A stretch of DNA of 64,000 nt from an uncultured Lachnospiraceae bacterium (GCA_964600435.1 CAZRJB010000006.1:3359-67358), one strand, 5' to 3'. Counted from the first letter of the stretch, positions 1 to 9,865 are shown. Numbers and translations: made by a program. Notes: generated from the sequence alone by a model not told the origin.

Positions 1-1
1 T

Positions 2-313
2 GCCACAAAAAACTTGATTTACGATATTAGCAAGCAACTTTTAGTCAAAAACGATGTTGTTCTTGATTTTGGTTTTTGGACAAGAGATGAAAGAGATAAA
101 ATAAAATCGCTTTTTAAGGGCTCAAAAGTTATTCTTGTTTATTTAAAATTGGATAATGAAGAAATATTTAAGCAAGTTGAAAATAGAAATAGCAATTTAA
201 AAAACAATGAATATTTTATGGATAGAACCACATTTGATTTTTTATGTGCTAAATTTGAAGAACCAACTGAAGATGAAAATGCAATAATTTACTCGAATAA
301 AACTGACTTATAG
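2..313 (+). CDS. P-loop kinase-like (AAA_33/zeta-like) protein, C-terminal fragment; 5' end lies outside the window
   Basis: The frame is open from the window edge, so the TTG at 14 is probably internal. It ends at TAG 311-313. The family call is a weak guess from C-terminal sequence only. Confidence 0.35.
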   Translation, partial: ATKNLIYDISKQLLVKNDVVLDFGFWTRDERDKIKSLFKGSKVILVYLKLDNEEIFKQVENRNSNLKNNEYFMDRTTFDFLCAKFEEPTEDENAIIYSNKTDL

Positions 314-337
314 TTTTTTTGAACAAGGAATAGTTTT

Positions 338-820
338 ATGAAGATTGAAGAAATTAAAGAAAAGCATTTTGAAGAAGTTAAAAAATTATTAGTTGAATTG
401 CAAGAATTTGTTATTGAAATTGACAATTTTAAATTAAACACTATTTCAAAAGATTACAGAGAAAAATATTTTGAATACATGTTGAAAGATTGCGAAGACA
501 ACCAAGGCAAAATTTTTGTTGCGACCGATGAGAATAAAGTTGTTGGAATAATTGCTGGTTTTGTTCAAAGTTATAACAAAAGAGATTGTCTTGATTATTC
601 CTGCCCTAAAAAAGGACTTATTGCCGAACTTATTGTAAGCAAAAACGCAAGACGTGGCGGTGTGGGAACAATGTTGTTAAACACAATAGAAAAATATTTT
701 AAATCCATTAATTGCGAGTTTTCACAAATTGATGTGTTTGCCCCAAATGAAAATGCTAAGATTTTTTATTACAAAAATGGCTATCAAGATAGAATGATAA
801 CCTTATTTAAAAAGTTATAA
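338..820 (+). CDS. GNAT family N-acetyltransferase
   Basis: 160 aa. It has the acetyl-CoA motif A RRGGVGTMLL followed by a typical GNAT C-terminus (NENAKIFYYKNGY). An AAGGAA RBS lies upstream. Confidence 0.8.
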   Translation: MKIEEIKEKHFEEVKKLLVELQEFVIEIDNFKLNTISKDYREKYFEYMLKDCEDNQGKIFVATDENKVVGIIAGFVQSYNKRDCLDYSCPKKGLIAELIVSKNARRGGVGTMLLNTIEKYFKSINCEFSQIDVFAPNENAKIFYYKNGYQDRMITLFKKL

Positions 821-895
821 GGGGTTTTATATGTACATCTTCTGAAAATAATGTATAATGAGTAAAAATTAAGTGTTAAAAGTGAGACGAAAAAC

Positions 896-1709
896 ATGAA
901 AAAAATTCAAATTGTTCCATTGGCAAAAATGGAAGAAATGCGAAAGTATTTCTATGAATATTTAACTGAACTTTCTGAATTTGACCCTGATATAAAATTT
1001 GATGAAAAAGGCGTGCCAATTTATAAATGGTTTGATTGTTATTGGGACGATAAAAATAGATTTCCTTTTTATTTTATGGTTGATGGTGTGATTGCGGGGT
1101 TTGCAATGATTAGAGAATTGGGCAATATGCATTATGATTTTGCAGAGTTTTATGTTTGTCCTGAATTTAGAAAAGACGGCAATGCAATTTGGTTTGCAAC
1201 AGAAATAACTAATTTGTTTGAGGGGCAATTTGTTTTTTCAACGCGTTTTACAAATCCACGAGCAATAAAGTTTTGGGGTAAATTTGCAAATCTTTTTGAA
1301 GACAATGAATTTACAGATGATGATATATGGAGAAATTGGTCCATTAGAAAAATGAATTTTAAAAATCACAACTTAAATTTAAATCCTATATATTTTGAAT
1401 TAATAAAAAGTGGAGAAAAAACTTATGAGGGCAGGCTGGCTTAACGACGAAAAAAGAAAATCTTTTAATATTGGTGACGAAATCACTTTTTATAAACAAC
1501 CTGAAAGAGTTGAAACAATAAAAGCGATTGTTTTGGAAAAATATTTATTTAACAATTTTGAAGAAATGGCAAAAGAATTAGACAAATCAAAATTGGGTTT
1601 TGCTAACAAATCAAAAGAAGAAATGATTAATGTTTATAGAACAATTTATTCAAAAGAAGACGAAAACCGTTTTGGTGTTATAATTTTTAAAATTAAAGTT
1701 ATCAACTAA
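896..1709 (+). pseudogene. GNAT-like (COG5628-type) acetyltransferase fused to an ASCH domain, frameshifted by a 4-nt duplication
   Basis: ORF 896..1444 ends with the first ASCH strand (NPIYFELIKSGEKTYEGRL). ORF 1410..1709 continues the ASCH domain in the +1 frame (NDEKRKSFNIGDEITF...). The junction is the tandem GGCTGGCT at 1434..1441. Deleting one GGCT gives a continuous ...YEGRLNDEKRK... frame. Confidence 0.7.
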
Positions 1710-1892
1710 AAACATAAAAAATTTGAATTGATTGAGAAATATATTTTTGTTTGCATAAATTGTTCAAAATCGGTGTTATGTTAATATATTAAACTTTTCG
1801 GCAACTAGCCACATGAAAAAAATTTTAAGGTTGTGCTAAAACATGTGTTTACAGGTTTGGAAAATATTAAAAATTCTTGTTGTTTTTATCAA

Positions 1893-1932
1893 TAAAAAAC
1901 TCACCAGTTGTTTACTGATGAGTTTTTATTTT
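1893..1932. terminator. Hairpin terminator between convergent genes
   Basis: Arms actcaccagt / actgatgagt form a 10-bp stem with 1 mismatch and loop tgttt. The hairpin is flanked by an A-run and by ttttatttt. Confidence 0.55.
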
Positions 1933-2050
1933 GCCAAGGTTTTGTATTGTTTTTTTTGCTAATACAAAATTTGGATTTTTTGCATTTATGTTTAAACAAT
2001 TAAAACGAAACAAAAACGTTTACAAATGCAAAAGTTTTTTTATGTTTTAA

Positions 2051-3616
2051 CTATTTAATTTTCATTCTTCTACGCATTAAAATGAACACAACAGCGCCGA
2101 CAATCACAACAATTGAACCTGCAACAATAAGGATTATTGAAACTGTGTTTAAAGGTTCAACTTTGTTGATGTAAGAACTATATAACAATTGTCCACTAAG
2201 TGTTGTAACTTCAATGTAATATAGGTTGGTTTTGCTTAAAACAATTTCGTTTAATTCATTAATTTCACCATTTTCTAAGGCTTCGTTTGTGATATAAATG
2301 TTATCTCTGCCAGTAATTTTTAAAACGCAATCGCCAACTTGATTAATAACATTAGAAGTAGAGAATGAAACTGTAATGTTTTGGTTGGTTGTTGTTCCAT
2401 TTTCATGAGAAAGAACAATTGGAACAGTTTTGTTGTTAATCCATATAGAGAACGAATATTTTTGATTGAAATCATTGTTTGCATTAACAACAATTGTGTA
2501 TGTTCCTGGACCAGTTTTAACATCTAGCAAGTGGATTGTTAAATCTTTTAAGTATTTGTTTAAGTATAATGTTCCAACATTTTCGTTGGCAAGTTTTGCA
2601 AGAATTGACTTGCCGTTTAAAATTATGTCTTCTACATAACTATTGTTATATGAGTTAAAGCTATAAGACTTACGGCTTTCTTCTGAACTTAAAATTGTAA
2701 AGAATATTGGAGATTCGAAAATGTTTTCGCCGTCAATTTTTGCAGTAAACCAAATTTTGTAAAGGCCTGCTTGTGTAAAAGTCCAAGAATATTTGGTTGT
2801 TGTTGCAACTTCAATTTTGTTGCCGTTTAATTCAACATTTATTACAGGATAAGCATTTTGGTCATATATGCTTAAAGTTGATTGAGGAATAACAACGTCA
2901 ACCGATGAATCGTAAATTGCATAATTGATTGGAGAATCATTATTAACATTAAATATTACACTGCTAAGATATTGCATTGAGAAATATTCGGTGTCGGAGT
3001 AGTTTCCAAACAAATGCACATTTCCCGCCAAGTCTTCAAACTTAAACAAATATACTCCAGAAGTTTTTAAAGTAATATAAGACATGTTGTTAGATTCGAC
3101 AACTTTTTGTTGGAATTGTGATTTTCCAACTTCTCCATAGAAAATTGTTGCTGTAATTTTGTTTTCTGGAATTAAATAATAATTTGTCCAAGAAATTTTT
3201 CTTCCTTTATTGAATCCGTCTTCGGTGTAAACCGTGATTGTGTCGGAAGTTTTTTTAGTTAAATCGGTAGAACTTCCGTCTGTTTCATATTTAACAAAAC
3301 CTTTTTCGTTAAACAAAGAATTTGTTTCTGGAATTTTTGTAATGGCAATTCTTTCAGAGAAAAATTCGGTTGAACTGTTAGCTTTGCTATAATCTGTGTG
3401 AATTAGATAAATTGCCGTGTATGTGTTAACAATTTCAATAAAATCGTAGGTCAAGTTTTTACTTTCGTTTGTTTCAATAACAAAATCTCCGTTTAAAATG
3501 TAGTGTTTTTGTTCTGTTATTGTAATATTTGTGCCATTTTCGTATTTTGTGTAAGTAAATGGATTTCCAGTTTCCTTAATTTCTAAATTGTTAAAACCGT
3601 CGGCATTAATTTTCAT
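2051..3616 (-). CDS. C-terminal, membrane-anchored segment of the giant surface protein (same frame as 3632..9574)
   Basis: 521 aa with no signal peptide and no SD upstream. The C-terminus is a single TM helix (VSIILIVAGSIVVIVGAVVFILM) followed by RRRMKIK. It is in the same frame as the upstream ORF, separated only by TAA plus 5 sense codons. Confidence 0.7.
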   Translation of the reverse strand: MKINADGFNNLEIKETGNPFTYTKYENGTNITITEQKHYILNGDFVIETNESKNLTYDFIEIVNTYTAIYLIHTDYSKANSSTEFFSERIAITKIPETNSLFNEKGFVKYETDGSSTDLTKKTSDTITVYTEDGFNKGRKISWTNYYLIPENKITATIFYGEVGKSQFQQKVVESNNMSYITLKTSGVYLFKFEDLAGNVHLFGNYSDTEYFSMQYLSSVIFNVNNDSPINYAIYDSSVDVVIPQSTLSIYDQNAYPVINVELNGNKIEVATTTKYSWTFTQAGLYKIWFTAKIDGENIFESPIFFTILSSEESRKSYSFNSYNNSYVEDIILNGKSILAKLANENVGTLYLNKYLKDLTIHLLDVKTGPGTYTIVVNANNDFNQKYSFSIWINNKTVPIVLSHENGTTTNQNITVSFSTSNVINQVGDCVLKITGRDNIYITNEALENGEINELNEIVLSKTNLYYIEVTTLSGQLLYSSYINKVEPLNTVSIILIVAGSIVVIVGAVVFILMRRRMKIK

Positions 3617-3631
3617 AACTTGATATTTAAA

Positions 3632-6600
3632 TTATTCACTATTTTTTAAAGTAAATTCCAAAACCTTTTCAAGCCCAGACAAATCACCTAAATAGTTTAT
3701 AACAATTTTATATGTTCCATTTTCGTTTGCAGTGAACGAATAGTTTAATGCAAAGACTTCTTCTTTTGGAGTTATTATGTAAATTTCATAAGGAAAATCT
3801 AAAATTGTGTTTTCGGAACTGATTGTAACCTGCTTTGTGTAAATTTGGTTGTTGCCTAAAATTGATGTTACATCATCGTTGTCGCCAAGAAGAGTTATTT
3901 CTGGAACTTTGTTAAATGTTGCAAAGTTTGTTTCAATTTTGTCTTGAATGCTGCTGCCAACAAAATCGTTGTTTAGTGTTTGAGTTACAGTAAATAGATA
4001 CTTATTTCCCAAAAGTCCGCTTGAAAAGTTGATTGGTGCTGCTTTCATTGTTAATGACAAAATGGAATTTCCAATTGTGCAGGTGAAATAATTATTATAC
4101 TCGGTAGGTTGTACTTCTTTATTGTCTTTGTCTGTTACTTTAAGTGTAGAACCAGATGTCACTGTTAACTTATATTCAGATGTGTTTGTGCCAACCGAAA
4201 CAACAACCGTTGTTTCTGGATATATTATTGAGTTAAATCGGTAGGTTATGTTGGAAGATGAATAGTAAATGAAATCTCCTTGAGCATCGTAAGAAGTTAT
4301 GTAGCCAGATTCAGAAATAATTGGTTCTTTAATTTCTGCTTGACCATATATGTGAGGCACAACAATTTTGTCACCATAGTTGTCTATTATGGTGTAGATG
4401 TAGTGGTTGTTGTTTTGTAAATTGTTTATTATTTCCAAACAGAAATACTTTGAACCATTAACACTATTTATATAACTAATTTTATAGTTTTTAAAATTGC
4501 TAAAGGTAGCTTCTGATTCAAAGCAGTTGTTGTTTAATGCGTTATCTATGTTTATTATTATTTTGCCTGAAACCTCCAAAGTGCTGCAAAACAACTTGTT
4601 TGTGTCAGCAGATTCGTTTGGTAGTTTAATAACAATACCTTCACGTTTTTCATCACCATAAAATTTAGCCAATGTGCTGTGTTCAAGCATTTGATTTATA
4701 ACATGAGCATTGATTGTAACTTGTTGATATTTTGGAACAGAATACAACACAATTGGTTGAATAAATGAACTTGAACTAAGTTTGCTTATGTCTCCAAGAG
4801 TATAAAGAGTTGAAGACGAATCAACATATTCGCTCATTTTGTAATATTGCTCGCCTGAATAAGGAGTTTTTACATAAACAACTTTGTTTATGCTGATTAT
4901 TTGATAGAAGTTGTCTTTACCAATAGAAGTTGTGTTATGTAGCAAGTTGATGTCTGTCAAGTTTAATTCATATTTAGAATAAATGTCCAAAGTTGTGCCA
5001 TTGCTTAAATCTGTATATTTAACATTTTCAGGGCTTTGGTTTTGGCTGGTTTTTTTATAAGTTAAAAACGTTTCTTGTTCATTAAAATTGCTTACAAAAA
5101 TTGTGTAAACTGTGCGGTTGCCTGCATAGTCTTCTTCAACAAATTCAATATATTTCCCTATGTTATCTTCTAGAACTTTCTGAAAATCATCTCCAGTGCT
5201 GCTAAACCCAATTATGTTTTTTGAAACACTGCTGAAGTCGTTTAAAGTTATGTCGCTTTCTTGAACATTGCCAATAACATATTTGGTGTTTTTGCCGTTA
5301 TTTTCAAAAATGCGATAATAAACTTTATAAAAGTCGTTGTTTGTGTCGGTAGGCGTTTTTAAAAAACTATAATCTGATACATCAACCACAAATGCATAGT
5401 TGGCAAAAAGCCCTGTGCTTTGAGAAGTGTTATATTTTGAATTTTCAGAGTTTCTTAAATCTTTAAACGAAAGCCCTGTTTGGTTAACCAAATTTGTAAT
5501 GTTGGTTAAAGGTGCTTGAGTGTCAATTATAACGGTTGAGGTTTTAGAAGAATATTGTGGGTCTATGTTGCCTATATATTGCAGAGTTATTTCAACCTGT
5601 GTTCCGTTTTTATATGCTCCAATATCCGAAAGTTTTAAATCAACATAGTGACTTGTTCCGTTGGTAAAAATATTTTTAACGTCAATTGTTCCATTAACAT
5701 TGTTTACATTGTAAGTTATTTTGGTTGGGTCTATTTTTGCCCAATATTTGCTTGCTGAGTCTTGCCAAGAAATTCTTACTGTGTCTTTGTTTGTGTAAAA
5801 GAAATTATTAGATTCTTTAAGTTCTGAATTGTTTGTGTCTAGAAGCGAATAATTAGGTTCTTCATATTTAATTTGAAAAACAAATTCAAAATTGTCACCT
5901 GCTCCCGACTCAATAACAACTTTATAATACCCTTGCTCAATAAATTCTGGCAAACTTGTTGATTTGTCAAGTGTTAAATAACCCTTTGTGGTTCCCACAA
6001 GTTCCGTTCTGCTTAATGGATTTTTTGTTTTTGCTGCATCTTCATATTTTTCCACATATGCAGAAAGTTCGTAATTTTTAAAATATTTATTTGTTTTGGT
6101 TCCGTCTTTGTTTTCAATTTCGTAATATTTAACAATTGATTCTTCTGGTGTAAATGTTCCGTTTTCGTCATAACCATATTTGTATGTTGGAATATAAACG
6201 GTTACTGGCAAAAGATTTGTGGTTAAAACTGGAATATGAACCTCTGCTGTTTGCGACATTTGAGTTGCATAATATATGTCGTAAAAGAATAAATCTGAAT
6301 TGTTTGCAACTTGAAGTCTGATTGCTCCACCTGTGTAGTAAACCAATTCCCCATTGCTGTTTGTTTCTGGAGTACTTATGATGCCGTTACGGTCAACAAT
6401 AAACACGAGTTCTCTTTGTATTGGGTCATATTTGTCTGTTGTTGAAACATATTCTCTTGTTATTACATACTTTCCTGCACGTGTTTTTCTTTTACTTTGG
6501 TTGTTTTCAACATTTAGCTCCCAAGAATATGTGTTAAGTTCATTGCTAACAGCACTACCAAGTTGAATTCCTGTTTTGTTGTATATTTCCAAAAATGAAG

Positions 6601-9574
6601 TTGGATTGGTCCCAAATTTATATGTACCTTTATCGCCTTTTTCAAATGCGTAATAATCCATTTTTATAGATTTAACACTAAGAATTTCAGAAGGCTCTGT
6701 GCAGTAAGAAAAATCCAAAATTTCATCATACAAAGTGTCTTTTGCGGTTGGATGATAGTAGTTTGTTTTTTTGCTGTTATCCGAAGATGTAATTACATCT
6801 GCTTGCAACAGGTTGCTTTTGGTGCCTTCTGCGGTTGTATATGAAAGTGTCATTTTTGAATTGTCGGTTGAGAAAGTAACCATGTGAGATGCGTTATAAT
6901 TTTTGTTAAAAGTGGATTGTGTGTAGTTTAAGTTTGAAGAGCAACCAACATAGAAAATAAATTGTGATTCAATTGGAACATCGTTTTTGTCTTTTGCAGA
7001 CAATTTTAAACCATATTTCCCGGATTGAGTTAATAAATAAAAATTTTGTAATGTTTCACCGTTTGCATTTTCGGTATAATATACTGGATTTTTTATTTCA
7101 ATTTTTAAATAGAAATCAGTTTTATATCTTGTTATATATTTATTGCTTAATTCTTCAGAATCAATAAAGTATTTTTTAAGCCAAGGATCTAACTGATCGT
7201 CGCTGGTAGAATAAAATTTAATTAATTTGTCTTTGCCAAAATAAAGCGTGTAGTCTTCTGAAGTGGTTTTGGCATCTTTAACAAACGACCATTTACCATC
7301 TTTTACGGTTATAATGTTTGTTTCTGTGTTATCAATAAACACAACCAAATATTTTGAATTTTCATTTGGGGTTTCGGAAATTAATGCAGTTTCGTCATAT
7401 ATTTTAATGATGTATAAACCACTAGCGGAAAGAATTTGAGTTTCGTTTAAACTGCCAGATGTTTTTTCTGTGTTTGAGTATGTTGAAACAGGAAGTGTTC
7501 CTTCTCCAAAACTAAATATATCAGTTGATGGAATGCCATATTTAGTGATGTCTGATTCATAAAAAGACTGAATTGCACTAGAATCTAGGCTGTTTGCAAA
7601 AGTTGCAGAATATGATGTTGGAAAATACTTATATTCGGCATACGTTTTTGCATAACCATTGTCTTCTTTGTTGTTCCAAGAAATGGCAATTGAACCATTA
7701 ACAAACAATGCTTGCTGGTTGTTGTTTAAAAGATTAGTGCTTTCTTTTTTATAGGTTGTGTTTGTGATTTTTGTTGCAGAGTGAATTTGAATGCCGTTAA
7801 CACCAGTTTTGTCAATTGTAAAATATGAGATGTATTTTTTTTGCCCTGAGCGTCCATAACTTACTTCAACTTTATATTTTGCACTTTTGTCAAAAGTTGC
7901 ACTGTCGCTAACAATTTGTGAATTGTTTTCTGTAAAGTCGTTAGTGTTAAAAGATTCTGCAATAAACACTTTTACTGTTGCCTTAGAGTCAAAAGTGCCT
8001 TCTTGTGTGTTTTTGTTGATTACAACATTGTTGCATGTTACATAGTTGGTTGGAACGTCGGAACGTATTTCATTTTTATCTTTATCATATGTGATTTCTT
8101 GAATTGTTAAGTTTGGAGATGTTGTTGTTATCTCAAACAAAAAGAACTGATAATGTGTTGTCTGGCTAGAAATTTTGGCAAATGTGTAAGCAAATTGAAC
8201 CAAATACACTCCGGATTGGCTAAGTGGAGAGTTTGTGTAATCATCTCCGTCTGGTAAAGTTGCGGCACTGGTAAATTCTGATAAATCCTTAAAGTAAAAA
8301 TATTTTGTTGTTGGAGTAGTAGTAGCAGTTGGAGTGGTAGAAGTAGTTGATGTTGATGATGTTGCATTAGTTAAAAAATATACTGGTGCTTGGTTGGTTT
8401 TTACTGGAGTAAGGCCTTGTATTTCGGAAAAGTTATTAATTGTATTATTATCAATTTCAACCTTGCTTGTTATGTCTGCTTGTTGCGTAATTTTGCTGTG
8501 GTCATTTTCGGCTGTTTGTTTAAATTCTTCCAAACCGTTTTCGCCAGTGTAATATGCTTGAACACCATAAATATATACTGTATTGTTTAACAATTTTGAT
8601 GTTTCGTCTGAGGATAAATTGTATTGACTAAAAACTTCACCGCCATTAAAAATGGTTTGATAAGTTATATAATATGTGCCTATATTGTTAAAGGTTACCC
8701 TATTTTTTTTGCTTGGAATGTTGGCACCGGTAGAATCCGTTTCGTATATAGTGTCCACAAAAACGTATTCTATAGAGGTTGTTTGACCTAGTTCGTTATA
8801 GTTTGCAACAGTTGATTCATTTTCGTTTTTGTATGTTATGGTTGTTGTTGTGGAAAGTTGTTGATATAATCTGGTGATGTTAAGGTTAAACTTTGTGCGG
8901 TCATAAACAAGGCTAAACATTTCGTCTTGTGTATAGTTATAAGAATATATGCTGCTGTTGGTGCCGTTTTGGGTTCCGTCGGTAAATTTTTTTGCCCCAT
9001 CGCTTGTGTAGTCTGAAGCAGAAAAAATATAAAAGTTGCATGTGAAAGAAATTGTTTCGTATGAGTAGATTGAATTAAGGTAGTTATATGAAAAGGAAAT
9101 TGAGTATTTGCCATAATATTCAAATGATGATGCAAGTGATGGGTTTATTCTTAGAGTGTAGATGTGATATTCGGAGTCTTCGGTGGTTTCTGCTAGTTTA
9201 TCAAAGCCTTCATTTTTTGTAAGGTCGGTTGAAATAACATTGTTGTTAAAACTTATGGTAGCGCTAATTTGAGAAATTCTATAACTTGTGTTTTGACCTG
9301 ATGTCATTTTCAATTTTTCAGTATCAAATGTTAAAACAACAGCTTGTTTTCCATCCACAAAAAAAGCATCGCCATTGGTAAATGTTCTTTTTAGTGGAGT
9401 ATAAACTTCAGGTGTTGCTGGAGTGTAGTTTGCCAAGTCAATAGAAAAATAATCTGGCAAAGTGTTTAATGGTGCAGCCGAAACAGGTTTGTAAGTAAAC
9501 AACAACAACCCTGAAAACATTGCCAAAAACATAGGAATTATTCTTAAAATATTTTTAAAAAATTTGCTTTTCAT
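3632..9574 (-). CDS. Giant secreted/surface protein (about 1,980 aa from the likely start), no named domain recognised
   Basis: The likely start is the ATG at 9574, preceded by AAAGGTGA. The signal peptide is MKSKFFKNILRIIPMFLAMFSGLLLFTYKPVSA. Composition is rich in N, T, S and Y and looks beta-rich. A Thr/Ser linker (SSTSTTSTTPTATTTPTT) lies at about 8308..8368. There is no anchor at its own C-terminus. Confidence 0.8.
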   Translation of the reverse strand: MKSKFFKNILRIIPMFLAMFSGLLLFTYKPVSAAPLNTLPDYFSIDLANYTPATPEVYTPLKRTFTNGDAFFVDGKQAVVLTFDTEKLKMTSGQNTSYRISQISATISFNNNVISTDLTKNEGFDKLAETTEDSEYHIYTLRINPSLASSFEYYGKYSISFSYNYLNSIYSYETISFTCNFYIFSASDYTSDGAKKFTDGTQNGTNSSIYSYNYTQDEMFSLVYDRTKFNLNITRLYQQLSTTTTITYKNENESTVANYNELGQTTSIEYVFVDTIYETDSTGANIPSKKNRVTFNNIGTYYITYQTIFNGGEVFSQYNLSSDETSKLLNNTVYIYGVQAYYTGENGLEEFKQTAENDHSKITQQADITSKVEIDNNTINNFSEIQGLTPVKTNQAPVYFLTNATSSTSTTSTTPTATTTPTTKYFYFKDLSEFTSAATLPDGDDYTNSPLSQSGVYLVQFAYTFAKISSQTTHYQFFLFEITTTSPNLTIQEITYDKDKNEIRSDVPTNYVTCNNVVINKNTQEGTFDSKATVKVFIAESFNTNDFTENNSQIVSDSATFDKSAKYKVEVSYGRSGQKKYISYFTIDKTGVNGIQIHSATKITNTTYKKESTNLLNNNQQALFVNGSIAISWNNKEDNGYAKTYAEYKYFPTSYSATFANSLDSSAIQSFYESDITKYGIPSTDIFSFGEGTLPVSTYSNTEKTSGSLNETQILSASGLYIIKIYDETALISETPNENSKYLVVFIDNTETNIITVKDGKWSFVKDAKTTSEDYTLYFGKDKLIKFYSTSDDQLDPWLKKYFIDSEELSNKYITRYKTDFYLKIEIKNPVYYTENANGETLQNFYLLTQSGKYGLKLSAKDKNDVPIESQFIFYVGCSSNLNYTQSTFNKNYNASHMVTFSTDNSKMTLSYTTAEGTKSNLLQADVITSSDNSKKTNYYHPTAKDTLYDEILDFSYCTEPSEILSVKSIKMDYYAFEKGDKGTYKFGTNPTSFLEIYNKTGIQLGSAVSNELNTYSWELNVENNQSKRKTRAGKYVITREYVSTTDKYDPIQRELVFIVDRNGIISTPETNSNGELVYYTGGAIRLQVANNSDLFFYDIYYATQMSQTAEVHIPVLTTNLLPVTVYIPTYKYGYDENGTFTPEESIVKYYEIENKDGTKTNKYFKNYELSAYVEKYEDAAKTKNPLSRTELVGTTKGYLTLDKSTSLPEFIEQGYYKVVIESGAGDNFEFVFQIKYEEPNYSLLDTNNSELKESNNFFYTNKDTVRISWQDSASKYWAKIDPTKITYNVNNVNGTIDVKNIFTNGTSHYVDLKLSDIGAYKNGTQVEITLQYIGNIDPQYSSKTSTVIIDTQAPLTNITNLVNQTGLSFKDLRNSENSKYNTSQSTGLFANYAFVVDVSDYSFLKTPTDTNNDFYKVYYRIFENNGKNTKYVIGNVQESDITLNDFSSVSKNIIGFSSTGDDFQKVLEDNIGKYIEFVEEDYAGNRTVYTIFVSNFNEQETFLTYKKTSQNQSPENVKYTDLSNGTTLDIYSKYELNLTDINLLHNTTSIGKDNFYQIISINKVVYVKTPYSGEQYYKMSEYVDSSSTLYTLGDISKLSSSSFIQPIVLYSVPKYQQVTINAHVINQMLEHSTLAKFYGDEKREGIVIKLPNESADTNKLFCSTLEVSGKIIINIDNALNNNCFESEATFSNFKNYKISYINSVNGSKYFCLEIINNLQNNNHYIYTIIDNYGDKIVVPHIYGQAEIKEPIISESGYITSYDAQGDFIYYSSSNITYRFNSIIYPETTVVVSVGTNTSEYKLTVTSGSTLKVTDKDNKEVQPTEYNNYFTCTIGNSILSLTMKAAPINFSSGLLGNKYLFTVTQTLNNDFVGSSIQDKIETNFATFNKVPEITLLGDNDDVTSILGNNQIYTKQVTISSENTILDFPYEIYIITPKEEVFALNYSFTANENGTYKIVINYLGDLSGLEKVLEFTLKNSE

Positions 9575-9626
9575 AAAAAAATCACCTTTCACATAATTTG
9601 TTTTTATAACAAATTTTAACATAATT

Positions 9627-9780
9627 TTTCTTTTTAATCAAATATATTATATATATTTGGACAAAAAATAAACAAAAAAATTGCAAAACCAAGGCAAAGA
9701 AAGGATAAAGCTTGTGCTGTGTTTGTTTCTTTTTTACCAAATACAATAAATATATTCGGACAAAAATAAACAAAAAAATT
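9627..9780. repeat. Two copies of a ~55-nt direct repeat upstream of the giant gene
   Basis: 9627..9682 and 9726..9780 align over about 55 nt with a few mismatches and indels, offset 98 nt. The core ATAAACAAAAAAATT recurs a third time near 9809..9824. Confidence 0.6.
9646..9675 (-). promoter_or_regulatory. Candidate promoter of the giant surface-protein gene
   Basis: On the minus strand: TTGTTT (9670..9675), an 18-nt spacer, then TATAAT (9646..9651). It lies inside the proximal repeat copy. Confidence 0.4.
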
Positions 9781-9865
9781 TTATATATTTGTTTCTTTTT
9801 TTAATAATATAAACAAAAAAAATTATAAAAATTTATGCACTATAAAAATAATTTATTAAAACAAT

